NCBI GenBank assembly: GCA_963719085.1
Contig: CAVRAL010000004.1
Span: forward strand, 256,001 to 320,000
DNA: 64,000 nt
From: a candidate division FCPU426 bacterium
GTDB lineage: Bacteria; Oederibacteriota; Muellerivitia; Muellerivitales; Muellerivitaceae
Direction: 5' to 3'
Shown: one piece after another, positions 55,754 through 64,000 of the stretch
Layout of the letters: each line of letters starts with the position of its first letter
Position numbering within the stretch: position 1 is the first letter of the stretch
The notes under the pieces: generated by a model
Databases searched by the model: none
Told to the model about the DNA's origin: nothing
What the model saw: the letters and a program-made list of their open reading frames with translations, nothing else
Position numbers and translations under genes: made by a program

Positions 55754-57751
55754 TCAGGAAACGGCCTGGAGCCGGTGGATTTCATTTTCAACCAATGGGA
55801 TTTTATCCAATAACCCAACCGCGCGCAGTTTCACTTCCACGTCCCGGTAAACCTGGACGGCTTGGGCGCGCCGCCCCAAGGATTCCAGCGCCTTGGCTTT
55901 TTGAAAATAAGCCTCGAGAAAGTAATTATCGAGGTCAATGGCTTTTTGGGCCACCGGCAAAACCTCGGAGTATTTTCCTTCGGCCATTAAAATTTCCCCT
56001 TCTTCCAAATAATTGGTGGGCAGGTTGGGAAGTTTCTGGGTAAGCGCGGCCTGCAGGTCCAGGGCTTCGTTGAGGCGGCCCCAAAACTCCATCAGTTTCA
56101 CTTGGTTTTCCCGGGGCGTCACCGCCTCCGGCGACATGAGGACGGCTTGATCGAAATCAAACTCGGCCAAGTGGAAGTACGCGGTCCTCACCGCCGACTC
56201 CTTTTGCGTGACCGCCTGCCCGAGCGCGATTGTCCCCAGCGAATTCCAGGCGCCCATTAAACGGGGGCGAAACACCAGGCTTTCATTCAGCGCGTCTTGG
56301 GCCTCTTTTAATTGTCCGCCCGCCTGAAGCCGCTCACCCTTGAGATAATCGAATTGGGCCCCAAAATCCCGCACAGCGCCGATTCCCAAAATATAAAAAA
56401 GCCCGAGAAATAGGATCACGGTCAGGCCTTGGAAGGCCGAAGGTGAAAACTCCAAGTTGATTTCCACGCCGCTCACACGCTCATTGCGCAATGCGAAGGT
56501 CAGAAACCCGACTAAGACCAAAAGAATCGCCCATTCGTGAAAGGTGAAGTCAACCAGGTTGTGCAATAAGGTGTAAATCAAAAACAAAAGCGAGATTTCG
56601 GCCGTCCACGAAGGCGGAGCCAGGGGCTTAAAGGATGAGTTTTTGCGGGCCAACCGCCAAGCGTTCCAAATAAGGGCGGTGGCGAAAAGAAGCACAAGCG
56701 CCAAGGCGGGCCAACCGCATTCGGCCGCGACCTGCAGAAACTCGTTATGCGCGAAAGGCGTGGTCGTGGTCCAAATGTCCGAGGAACGGTAATAAGGATA
56801 AACCGTCTCAAAACTTCCGGGGCCAAAACCAAACAAGGGCTGGTCGCAGGCCATATGAAACGCGCTGGCCCAGACCTCCGGGCGCAAATCGGCGCGGGGA
56901 TCAATCTTATCGGCTTCCAAAAGCCGAATCACCATGGGCACGGAACAAATCAGTATGAAAAGAACGATCCCGGCGAAAATCAGCCACTGCTTGGTTTTAA
57001 AACCCTTAAGCCTCGCCTCGACTTCTGAATAATGGGTGAAAAGATAAAATAGAAGCACAAACGCCAAGGCCAAAAAAGCGCCCCGGCCGCGCGTGCTGCC
57101 CCAAGCGGCGAAAAGAAAAAGTAAAAAAGCCGCCGAACGGGCCGAGCCTTCATGCAGCCACTCCAGCGCGCAAAGGATCAAGGCCATTCCCAAGAAACTG
57201 GCGGTGCCGTTGACATTAGGAAAGGGCCCGGCGAAGGGTTCGAAGTGGCCTAGGCAAAGCCCCACTAAAACCCAGGCCGCCACCAGCAGGGCCGACCAAC
57301 GGAAAAGTTTTTCAAAAAGGGGAAAAAGCCGCGGATTTTTCTTCCAAGTCCGCCTTAACGCGAACCACCAAAGAGCCAGGGCTAGGAAGCTTTTGAAGGC
57401 GCTGAAACTTTCAAACGACTCCGAAGAGTTCCAGGCCGATAAAAGAACCCAGACCAATCCCAAAAGAACCAAAAGATCGAGAAAATCCAACCGCAAGCTT
57501 GACCCGGAACGGCCCTTGGCTTTCGCGAACCCTTCCAGAAGCCCCAGGCTAAAAACAAAGAGCGCGGCCCAACGGACGCCCAAATCCAGGCTTAACCAAA
57601 CGGGGACCGCCGTGGCGGGAATCAGGATGCAAGCGGCTAAGATGCCTAGAAAAACGAGTGCGGTCAAACGGCCAAAAAACGAAGAGGGTAATTTTAAAGA
57701 CTCCACCATGATCGAACCCCATCCCCCGCAAGATGAAAACCGCTTTATCAT
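55754..57751 (-). CDS. O-antigen ligase-family protein with C-terminal TPRs
   Basis: GPFPNVN, TRGRGA, PLFGFGPGSF, AHNEFLQ; TPR tail. Confidence 0.85.
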   Translation of the reverse strand: MIKRFSSCGGWGSIMVESLKLPSSFFGRLTALVFLGILAACILIPATAVPVWLSLDLGVRWAALFVFSLGLLEGFAKAKGRSGSSLRLDFLDLLVLLGLVWVLLSAWNSSESFESFSAFKSFLALALWWFALRRTWKKNPRLFPLFEKLFRWSALLVAAWVLVGLCLGHFEPFAGPFPNVNGTASFLGMALILCALEWLHEGSARSAAFLLFLFAAWGSTRGRGAFLALAFVLLFYLFTHYSEVEARLKGFKTKQWLIFAGIVLFILICSVPMVIRLLEADKIDPRADLRPEVWASAFHMACDQPLFGFGPGSFETVYPYYRSSDIWTTTTPFAHNEFLQVAAECGWPALALVLLFATALIWNAWRLARKNSSFKPLAPPSWTAEISLLFLIYTLLHNLVDFTFHEWAILLVLVGFLTFALRNERVSGVEINLEFSPSAFQGLTVILFLGLFYILGIGAVRDFGAQFDYLKGERLQAGGQLKEAQDALNESLVFRPRLMGAWNSLGTIALGQAVTQKESAVRTAYFHLAEFDFDQAVLMSPEAVTPRENQVKLMEFWGRLNEALDLQAALTQKLPNLPTNYLEEGEILMAEGKYSEVLPVAQKAIDLDNYFLEAYFQKAKALESLGRRAQAVQVYRDVEVKLRAVGLLDKIPLVENEIHRLQAVS

Positions 57752-57776
57752 ACACTTTTTAAAAGACTTCCGGCTC

Positions 57777-58922
57777 TTAACCGGACGTCCTCGAGTACAG
57801 TTTCTCGATGGCTTTCAACATCAGCTTGATTTGAAAGGTTCCTTTTAATCCCGACTTGCCCGCGCGGCCCATTTTTTTGGCTAAATCCGGCCGGGTCAAT
57901 ATTGAATACAAGCTTTCCGCCATGGCGGCGGCCGCGTGGGCTGAATGAAGAAATCCGCTGACGCCGTCTTGGACGGCCTCGGGAGTCCCGCTGACCGCGC
58001 TGGCCACCACGGGTTTTCCCGCCGCCATGGCCTGCAAAACCACCCGGGGCAATCCCTCATAAATGGACGTGAGCAGTAAAACGTCCGAGGCCGCCAAAAG
58101 CGCCCCAATTTCATCCCGCCATCCCAACAGATCAAAGTTCGCCTTTAGGTTGGAGGACTCAACGCGCTTTTCAACTTCCGGCAAAAGCGGCCCATCGCCC
58201 GCCCATAAAAAAAGAACATTGGGCAGGCGGGGCGCCAGGATCTCGGCGGTCTTCACCACATCCAACGGCGATTTTTGTTTTTTAAAATTGGACAGGACCA
58301 AAACCGTGGGACGGTTTTGGGTTTTGAAAAGTTGACGCGCCTTCAAGGCCGCCGCCGGGTTCAAAACGTAACGCTTCGGGTCCACACCGCTATGGATGAC
58401 CTCGTACTGCTCGGGCCGTCCGATCCGGGCGGCTAAACCCGCCCTTTTATTTTCCTCACTGACCGTAATCAGTTTCTCCGTAAAGCCCGCGGCCCATCTC
58501 TCTAAAGTTTGGTAAAGCCACTTCACCAGGAAAAATTGGCCGGGATAAAAGCCCCAACCGTGAACCGTATGAAGAATACGCGGGACCCCGGCGCGTTTCG
58601 CCGCCCAGCGGCCCAGAAACCCGGCCTTAGAACTGTGGGTATGGACCAAGTCCACTTTTTCCAGTCTTAAAATTTCCGTGATTCGCCGCAGGGCCAAAAA
58701 ATCCCAGAAAGGGCGGATGGGATGCTTGAGCTCGGAGAGAAAATATTTTCGGCAGCCCTTGATCCACCGGGCCTCTTCGTCCAATTGACCGCCGGTGCCG
58801 CAAATCAGGATGACATCAAATTTTTTACGGTCGTGGTTCTCGCAGCAATACAGGGTGTTTTGCTGGGCGCCGCCCAATTCCAGGCGGGTGATAATATGGG
58901 CGACCTTGAGGCGTTGGGCCAT
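57777..58922 (-). CDS. Glycosyltransferase family 4
   Basis: LGGAQ, HTHSSKAG, EGLPRVVLQAMAAGKPVV. Confidence 0.92.
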   Translation of the reverse strand: MAQRLKVAHIITRLELGGAQQNTLYCCENHDRKKFDVILICGTGGQLDEEARWIKGCRKYFLSELKHPIRPFWDFLALRRITEILRLEKVDLVHTHSSKAGFLGRWAAKRAGVPRILHTVHGWGFYPGQFFLVKWLYQTLERWAAGFTEKLITVSEENKRAGLAARIGRPEQYEVIHSGVDPKRYVLNPAAALKARQLFKTQNRPTVLVLSNFKKQKSPLDVVKTAEILAPRLPNVLFLWAGDGPLLPEVEKRVESSNLKANFDLLGWRDEIGALLAASDVLLLTSIYEGLPRVVLQAMAAGKPVVASAVSGTPEAVQDGVSGFLHSAHAAAAMAESLYSILTRPDLAKKMGRAGKSGLKGTFQIKLMLKAIEKLYSRTSG

Positions 58923-58962
58923 GGAGGATATCCTCGATTTCCAAATCCGGGAAAAACGTTAA

Positions 58963-60120
58963 TTAGGGGTTCGCCTCGTCCAAGCCTGAGTCCGAAGCCG
59001 GAATGTCGGAGCTTATCTCGGAAACGATCTTCCGCTTCGGGGACTTCTTCCCTTTTAGAGACTTCTCTTTGCGCGCGGCTTTCTTCGCGGCTTTTTCATC
59101 GGCCTTGAACTCGGCCAAGGCCGCCTGGTCCACCTCCGTGATGGGTTGGACATTGGCCTTGATGGCCCGTTCCTCATCCTCGTTTTGGACAAACCGGCTC
59201 ATCCATTCCCATTCACGAGCCAAGCCTTCCTTGAGGGAAACCTTGGGTTTAAAACCAAAAAGCTTTTCCAACTTCGCCGTGTCCGCCCGGGTGGAAAAGA
59301 CATCGCCCTTCTGGCGCTCTAAAAAGGTGCGGGGGCATTTGTGCCCGCTCACTTCCTCGAGCGCTTCGATGGCCTGAAGCAGGGTGGCCGGCGATCCGCC
59401 GCCCACATTCACCACTTGGCCCGCCACGTCCGCGCTCAGGGCCGCCGTCACCACGTCGACCACGTCATCCACATAGGTGTAGTCCCGGACCTGCTTCCCG
59501 TCGCCGTAAATGGAAATAGCGGCCTCGTGCAGGATGCTTTGGCAAAAACGGTGGAAAGCCATGTCGGGCCTTTGGCCCGGACCGTAAACCGAGAAAAACC
59601 GCAGGGCCACCGTGGGCATTTTGTGTTCTTGATGATAGATCTGGCAAAGCTGCTCGCCGGCCAGCTTGGTCACGCCATAGGGGCTTTTGGGCTCCAGGCG
59701 CATATCCTCGTTTAGAACCTCGCCCACGTCCCCGTAAACCGAGGAAGAGGAGGCGTAGACGAATCTTTTTAACTTACTGCCTTTAAATTCCTCGAGCAAT
59801 TTTTGAGTGGCCTGAATGTTGTTGGCGACGTACCGGTTGAAAGAAGTTCCCCAGGAGCCGCGGACGCCCGGCTGGCCGGCCAAGTGGACAATGGCCTCCG
59901 TTCCCTTTTGGACCTTGACCAGGGCCATGGTCGTCAAGTTGTCCTCGATCAATTTAAAGTTCGGATGTAAAAGAACCGGCATCAAGTTTTTTTCTTTTTG
60001 CCCGCGGGAATAATAAATATCGAAGGAGTCCACGCCTGTGACTTCATGGCCTTCTTTTAAAAGCCGCGCCACCACGTGGGAGCCGATGAATCCAGCAGCA
60101 CCCGTAACGAGTATTTTCAC
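58963..60120 (-). CDS. NAD-dependent epimerase/dehydratase (UDP-glucuronate epimerase-like)
   Basis: TGAAGFIG, ASSSSVYG, YGVTK, YGPGQRPDMA; Lys-rich tail. Confidence 0.92.
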   Translation of the reverse strand: MKILVTGAAGFIGSHVVARLLKEGHEVTGVDSFDIYYSRGQKEKNLMPVLLHPNFKLIEDNLTTMALVKVQKGTEAIVHLAGQPGVRGSWGTSFNRYVANNIQATQKLLEEFKGSKLKRFVYASSSSVYGDVGEVLNEDMRLEPKSPYGVTKLAGEQLCQIYHQEHKMPTVALRFFSVYGPGQRPDMAFHRFCQSILHEAAISIYGDGKQVRDYTYVDDVVDVVTAALSADVAGQVVNVGGGSPATLLQAIEALEEVSGHKCPRTFLERQKGDVFSTRADTAKLEKLFGFKPKVSLKEGLAREWEWMSRFVQNEDEERAIKANVQPITEVDQAALAEFKADEKAAKKAARKEKSLKGKKSPKRKIVSEISSDIPASDSGLDEANP

Positions 60121-60233
60121 GATTTCACCCCATCATTCAAAATGGACCGGCTTACACGGTTATATCGACATCCGCTAATGCTGCTTAGAAAGGTCGATGT
60201 GAATCCGGCAGCACCGGTTACCAGTACTTTCAT
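60117..60233 (-). pseudogene. Vestigial epimerase gene fragment (38 aa)
   Basis: MKVLVTGAAGF then unrelated sequence; GAGGTG RBS; stop overlaps the GTG of the intact epimerase. Confidence 0.6.
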
Positions 60234-60334
60234 AATTCACCTCAAACCTTAACCGGGATAAAAAATCAAAGGCTATTGGAACAATGATAAACGCAGATGA
60301 ACGCGGATTGTTCAAAAACAAAATCCTACATTAT

Positions 60335-61528
60335 TTAAAACTCGGCTTCTTGGAGGACCAAGGTTCGCAAATACTCCGTTTCCGGAATCGAAAGAATGAC
60401 CGGATGGTCCGTCGGCTGGGTGAGACGGTCGAGCAATTGAAAGGGCCGGCCTGATTCTTCCACCGCTTCCCGCGTCACGCCTTCCAAGACGGTCCAGGAA
60501 AAGTGATGGGAACAGGAAGCCACGATGAGAAAACCGCCGGGATTAAGCAGATCAAAGGCGTTGCCCAGCATGCGCTTGAGGGCCGCCCGCGCGCCCGGCA
60601 GCTCATGCACGCTTTTTGCCAGGGGCGGCGGATCGAGCAAAATACCGTCGAACATCCGCTCGGTTTTTTTGAGTTCCCGGAAAATTTTAAAACTGTCCTC
60701 GCGGCGGAACTCAATTTTTCCTTCCACCCCGTTGAGCTTGGCGTTCTCCAGCGCGTGGTCCAGCGCGCCTTGGGAGGAGTCCAGCGACAAGATTTCCTTG
60801 GCGCCCCCGAGGGCGGCCTGAACCGCCGCCGCGCCCGTGTAACCAAAGGCGTCCAAAATCGACCGACCTTGGCTCATCTCAAACATTTTTCGGCGGGCTT
60901 CGCGGAAGTCGAGATAAAAACCCGTCTTCTGCCCCGCTTCGGGATGCACCTGAAATTTCGCGCGTCCCTCGGTGAAAACGAAAGGCAAGGGGCCCGGTTC
61001 GGTGCGCCAGCCTTGAAACTCCGCCATGCCTTCTTTTTGGCAGGCTTCTCCCGAGCTTTTCTCGTAAATCCAAGCGTAGCCGTGGGCTTGGAAGGCGCGG
61101 ACGATATCGGGGATGAAGACTTTCATTCCGGCGCTGAAGCAGGACAATACGATGCCTTTTCCAAAAGCGTCCGCGATGACGCCCGGCAATCCATCCGCCT
61201 CGCCGAACAAAACCCGGAACCCGTCGGTGGCGGACTTTTCTTTTAAGACCTCCCGCGACTTCAAGGCCTGCTCCACCCGGCGGCGGATCAAGTCCCCGTC
61301 CAATTCCCGCGCGAAGTCATGGGTCAAGAGGCGCACCAAAATTTTGGACGTGGGATTGGCCACGCCGCGGCCCACGGGCGCGCCCTCGGCGGTAATGACC
61401 TCGACGAAGGCGCCTTGGATTAAAACTTTCGGGATGGTGTCGACCTCATTGGCGAAAACCCAAGGATGACCGGCCAATAGGCGGCCTTCTTCTTTGCGTT
61501 TCAGTTTGACGCGGATATAAGCAGGCAT
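60335..61528 (-). CDS. RlmI-like class I SAM rRNA methyltransferase
   Basis: GHPWVF PUA domain, EADGLPG, GQKTGFYLD, LDPP, PETEYL. Confidence 0.88.
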   Translation of the reverse strand: MPAYIRVKLKRKEEGRLLAGHPWVFANEVDTIPKVLIQGAFVEVITAEGAPVGRGVANPTSKILVRLLTHDFARELDGDLIRRRVEQALKSREVLKEKSATDGFRVLFGEADGLPGVIADAFGKGIVLSCFSAGMKVFIPDIVRAFQAHGYAWIYEKSSGEACQKEGMAEFQGWRTEPGPLPFVFTEGRAKFQVHPEAGQKTGFYLDFREARRKMFEMSQGRSILDAFGYTGAAAVQAALGGAKEILSLDSSQGALDHALENAKLNGVEGKIEFRREDSFKIFRELKKTERMFDGILLDPPPLAKSVHELPGARAALKRMLGNAFDLLNPGGFLIVASCSHHFSWTVLEGVTREAVEESGRPFQLLDRLTQPTDHPVILSIPETEYLRTLVLQEAEF

Positions 61529-61589
61529 GGGAAGACTCTTTCGTCCGCTATAAGGCGCGGCGTTAATTTTTTAGGGAATCGATGGACGG

Positions 61590-62186
61590 CTAGAACTTTA
61601 AGGAAACGACCGAGTAAGTCGGTTGAAAGGCTTTTTGGGTTTTCACCCACGCCGGATCCTGCGCGAAGGCCTGCTGAAAGCGGATATCACGCGCGGCGGC
61701 CAAGCGCGCGGGCAAGGGTCCTTGGGATTCTTGCACTTCATAGTCCCGGGGCATGATCAAGGCCCCCACGCCGATTCCCCCGCATAGCCCTAAGGCCCCG
61801 CCGATAAACATGTCTTGCGTGGTCGCGTTGGTCAGGGTATAGGCCAAGACCAGCCCCGCGCCCAACCCCACGATCCCCGAAGCCACGATCACGACGGTTT
61901 TTTGCCCGTTATTGACTGAGGGCCCATGGTCTTGGTTTTCCAAATCTTTATATTGGGCTTCCTTAGATTCCTTATCCAGTCCGTTGATCCAATCGCTGAG
62001 GAAAAAGCCGGTGGGCCGGTTCACTTTTTCTTTGGGGTCGCTTAAGGAACTATCGTCTTCCCACCAAAGGGCTTGGGCCTTGGGGGTGAACCCGGGGAAA
62101 AGGCCCAACAGCTGCGCCATCAAGGCCAGCGCCAATAAAATTCGGGGAAGTTTCGAAGGCATAAAGGGGATTATACCTTTAAACAA
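61590..62186 (-). CDS. Hypothetical exported/membrane protein
   Basis: Signal peptide and two Gly-rich hydrophobic segments. Confidence 0.6.
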   Translation of the reverse strand: MFKGIIPFMPSKLPRILLALALMAQLLGLFPGFTPKAQALWWEDDSSLSDPKEKVNRPTGFFLSDWINGLDKESKEAQYKDLENQDHGPSVNNGQKTVVIVASGIVGLGAGLVLAYTLTNATTQDMFIGGALGLCGGIGVGALIMPRDYEVQESQGPLPARLAAARDIRFQQAFAQDPAWVKTQKAFQPTYSVVSLKF

Positions 62187-62219
62187 ACGGTTGAAAAGCC
62201 AAAAAGGGTCCGGGGAAAT

Positions 62220-63332
62220 TCAGCGGGGAGCGGGTTTTTGAATGACTCCCCCGCCCACCACAACCTCCCCGTCATAAAAAACCGTGGATTGGCCGGGAGT
62301 GACGGCCCGGGCCGGATCCTTTAAAACCACCCGCACCCGCTTGGGCCCCTCGGGGTAAAGCGTCGCGGGTTGCTCCAAAGACCGGTAGCGGATCTTGGCC
62401 AAGGCTTCCCGCGGCTCAGTCAAGGGCTCCCAGGCCACCCAATTCATTTCAGCCACGGAAAATTCTTTCACGAAAGTATCTTTATCACGGCCCACGATCA
62501 CGGTGGCCGTGTCGGGATTGAGCTCCACCACGAAATAGGGGCCGCCCGAAAGGTTTAAGCCCTTGCGCTGGCCGATGGTGTAACCCGCAATGCCCTCATG
62601 GCGTCCGAGCAAATGACCGTCCACATCCACGATGTTGCCCGGTACAAAAGCGCGGGGCCGGTGGATCTTCACGAAGTCCCGGTAGCTGTTTTGGGTCACA
62701 AAACAAATTTCCATGCTTTCGGGTTTTTCAGCGATGTTAAGCTCCAGCCGGCGGGCGTCCTCGCGGACCTGCGCTTTCACCGTCTCGCCCAAGGGAAAAA
62801 GCAGATGGGACAAAAGCTTTTGGGTGAGCTTATAAAGCACGTAGCTTTGATCTTTGTCCGGATCCATGGCCTTCAAGATACGCCAACGGCCATTCACCGG
62901 GTCTTGATCGATGCGGGCGTAATGGCCCGTCGCCAGTTTTTCACAGCCCAGATTAAGGGCCTGTTGAAGTAAAAGTGGAAGCTTGGCGAAACGGTTGCAT
63001 TCCACGCAAGGGTTGGGGGTGATGCCTCTTTCGTACTCATCCAAAAACCGGTCCACCACATTGGCCTTAAAAACATCCAGGCCCTCATTGACGTAATGGG
63101 GCGCGCCCAGTTTCAACGCCACCGAGCGGGCGTCTTGGATATCCTCGACGGAGCAGCAGCGCTGGCCCTTGGGTTCCACAGTCTTGACCGTCACCGCGCC
63201 GTTCTCGCCGGGCGTGATTTCGCAGGGTAAAATTTTAAGGGTAAGCCCGACCACGTCGTGGCCCTGTTCCTTCAACAGCCCCAAGGCCACGCTGGAATCC
63301 ACTCCCCCGCTCATCGCCACGCCGATCTTCAT
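62220..63332 (-). CDS. mnmA: tRNA 2-thiouridylase MnmA
   Basis: AMSGGVDSS, TPNPCVECN, ATGHYA, KDQSY, TIGQRKG, AVTPGQ. Confidence 0.97.
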   Translation of the reverse strand: MKIGVAMSGGVDSSVALGLLKEQGHDVVGLTLKILPCEITPGENGAVTVKTVEPKGQRCCSVEDIQDARSVALKLGAPHYVNEGLDVFKANVVDRFLDEYERGITPNPCVECNRFAKLPLLLQQALNLGCEKLATGHYARIDQDPVNGRWRILKAMDPDKDQSYVLYKLTQKLLSHLLFPLGETVKAQVREDARRLELNIAEKPESMEICFVTQNSYRDFVKIHRPRAFVPGNIVDVDGHLLGRHEGIAGYTIGQRKGLNLSGGPYFVVELNPDTATVIVGRDKDTFVKEFSVAEMNWVAWEPLTEPREALAKIRYRSLEQPATLYPEGPKRVRVVLKDPARAVTPGQSTVFYDGEVVVGGGVIQKPAPR

Positions 63333-63358
63333 CCATCACTCCCAAATTTAAAAATCTT

Positions 63359-64000
63359 TTAACCCTTGGCGATCGCGTTCAACGCCGCCAGCGCTTTTTC
63401 AATTTCTTTCGCCGTATTGTAGTAGCCAAAGCTAAACCGAACGGTTCCCGTCGGGTAGGTGCCGATGGTTCGGTGCGCCAAAGGCGCGCAATGGAGCCCC
63501 ACCCGGCTCATGATGCCGAAACGCTCGTCCAATTCATAGCCTACTTCGGAAGGGTCTTTGCCCTCCACGTTCAAGGAAACCACCGCCACCCGGGCCGTCG
63601 TGCCCTCGCCCGGCAAACCGTAAAGCTTTAGCCCGTTAATTTTTTGAGCCTCTTTTAAAAACTGGCTGGTGAGCGCTTCCTCATGCCGTCTTATTTTTTG
63701 GACGCTGGTTTTTAAGATAAACTCGACCGCCGCCCTTAAACCCGCCAAGCCCCAATAATTTTGGGTGCCGCTCTCGAACTTATCCGGCCATTGGCCGGGC
63801 TGGAATTCCTGGTCGCTGTTGGACCCGGTCCCTCCCTCAATGAAAGAGTCTAAATTTCGTTTGGGAGAAACAATCAATCCCCCCGTTCCCGGCGGGCCCA
63901 TCAATCCTTTGTGGCCCGTGAAGGCGAGAAAATCAATTTTGAGGGCTTCCATATGGATCGGCACCGCGCCGGCGGTTTGGGCCGCGTCCACCAAATAAGC
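63359..64000 (-). CDS. Cysteine desulfurase-family class V aminotransferase (5' end outside the window)
   Basis: DAAQTAG, FTGHKGLMGP, RVGLHCAP, VRFSFG. Confidence 0.9.
   Translation of the reverse strand, partial: AYLVDAAQTAGAVPIHMEALKIDFLAFTGHKGLMGPPGTGGLIVSPKRNLDSFIEGGTGSNSDQEFQPGQWPDKFESGTQNYWGLAGLRAAVEFILKTSVQKIRRHEEALTSQFLKEAQKINGLKLYGLPGEGTTARVAVVSLNVEGKDPSEVGYELDERFGIMSRVGLHCAPLAHRTIGTYPTGTVRFSFGYYNTAKEIEKALAALNAIAKG

Overview
The window has two parts. Bases 1-~20.2 kb are a visibly AT-rich accessory/defence island. It holds a leftward ECF-sigma-like / 150-aa / IrrE-ImmA metallopeptidase module. Diverging from that is a CBASS-like operon with no cyclase: metallo-beta-lactamase-fold hydrolase, E2-E1(ThiF)-JAB triple fusion and patatin phospholipase. 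The island also carries a type ISP restriction-modification enzyme, a HEPN-motif protein, RadC, an excisionase-like gene plus tyrosine integrase, a small HNH gene, DUF433 and a Panacea-type toxin-antitoxin pair. It abuts the 3' end of a tRNA-Ile(CAU) gene interrupted by a 221-nt Azoarcus-like group I intron. The 5' half of that tRNA is duplicated about 400 bp upstream with the intron-less junction, bracketing a gene-free element. Bases ~21-64 kb are GC-richer core genome of a diderm bacterium, almost all on the minus strand: rpoD, dnaG, mutS2, rpsU, mtaB, rpsB-tsf-pyrH-frr-uppS-cdsA, GH92, tandem ECF/NrsF pairs, envelope glycosyltransferases, mnmA and a cysteine desulfurase. A GxxExxY nuclease gene sits between 43-bp inverted repeats, and related gene-less repeat elements occur in several intergenic regions. 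All product calls come from motif recognition by eye; no database searches were run and GC content was not computed.
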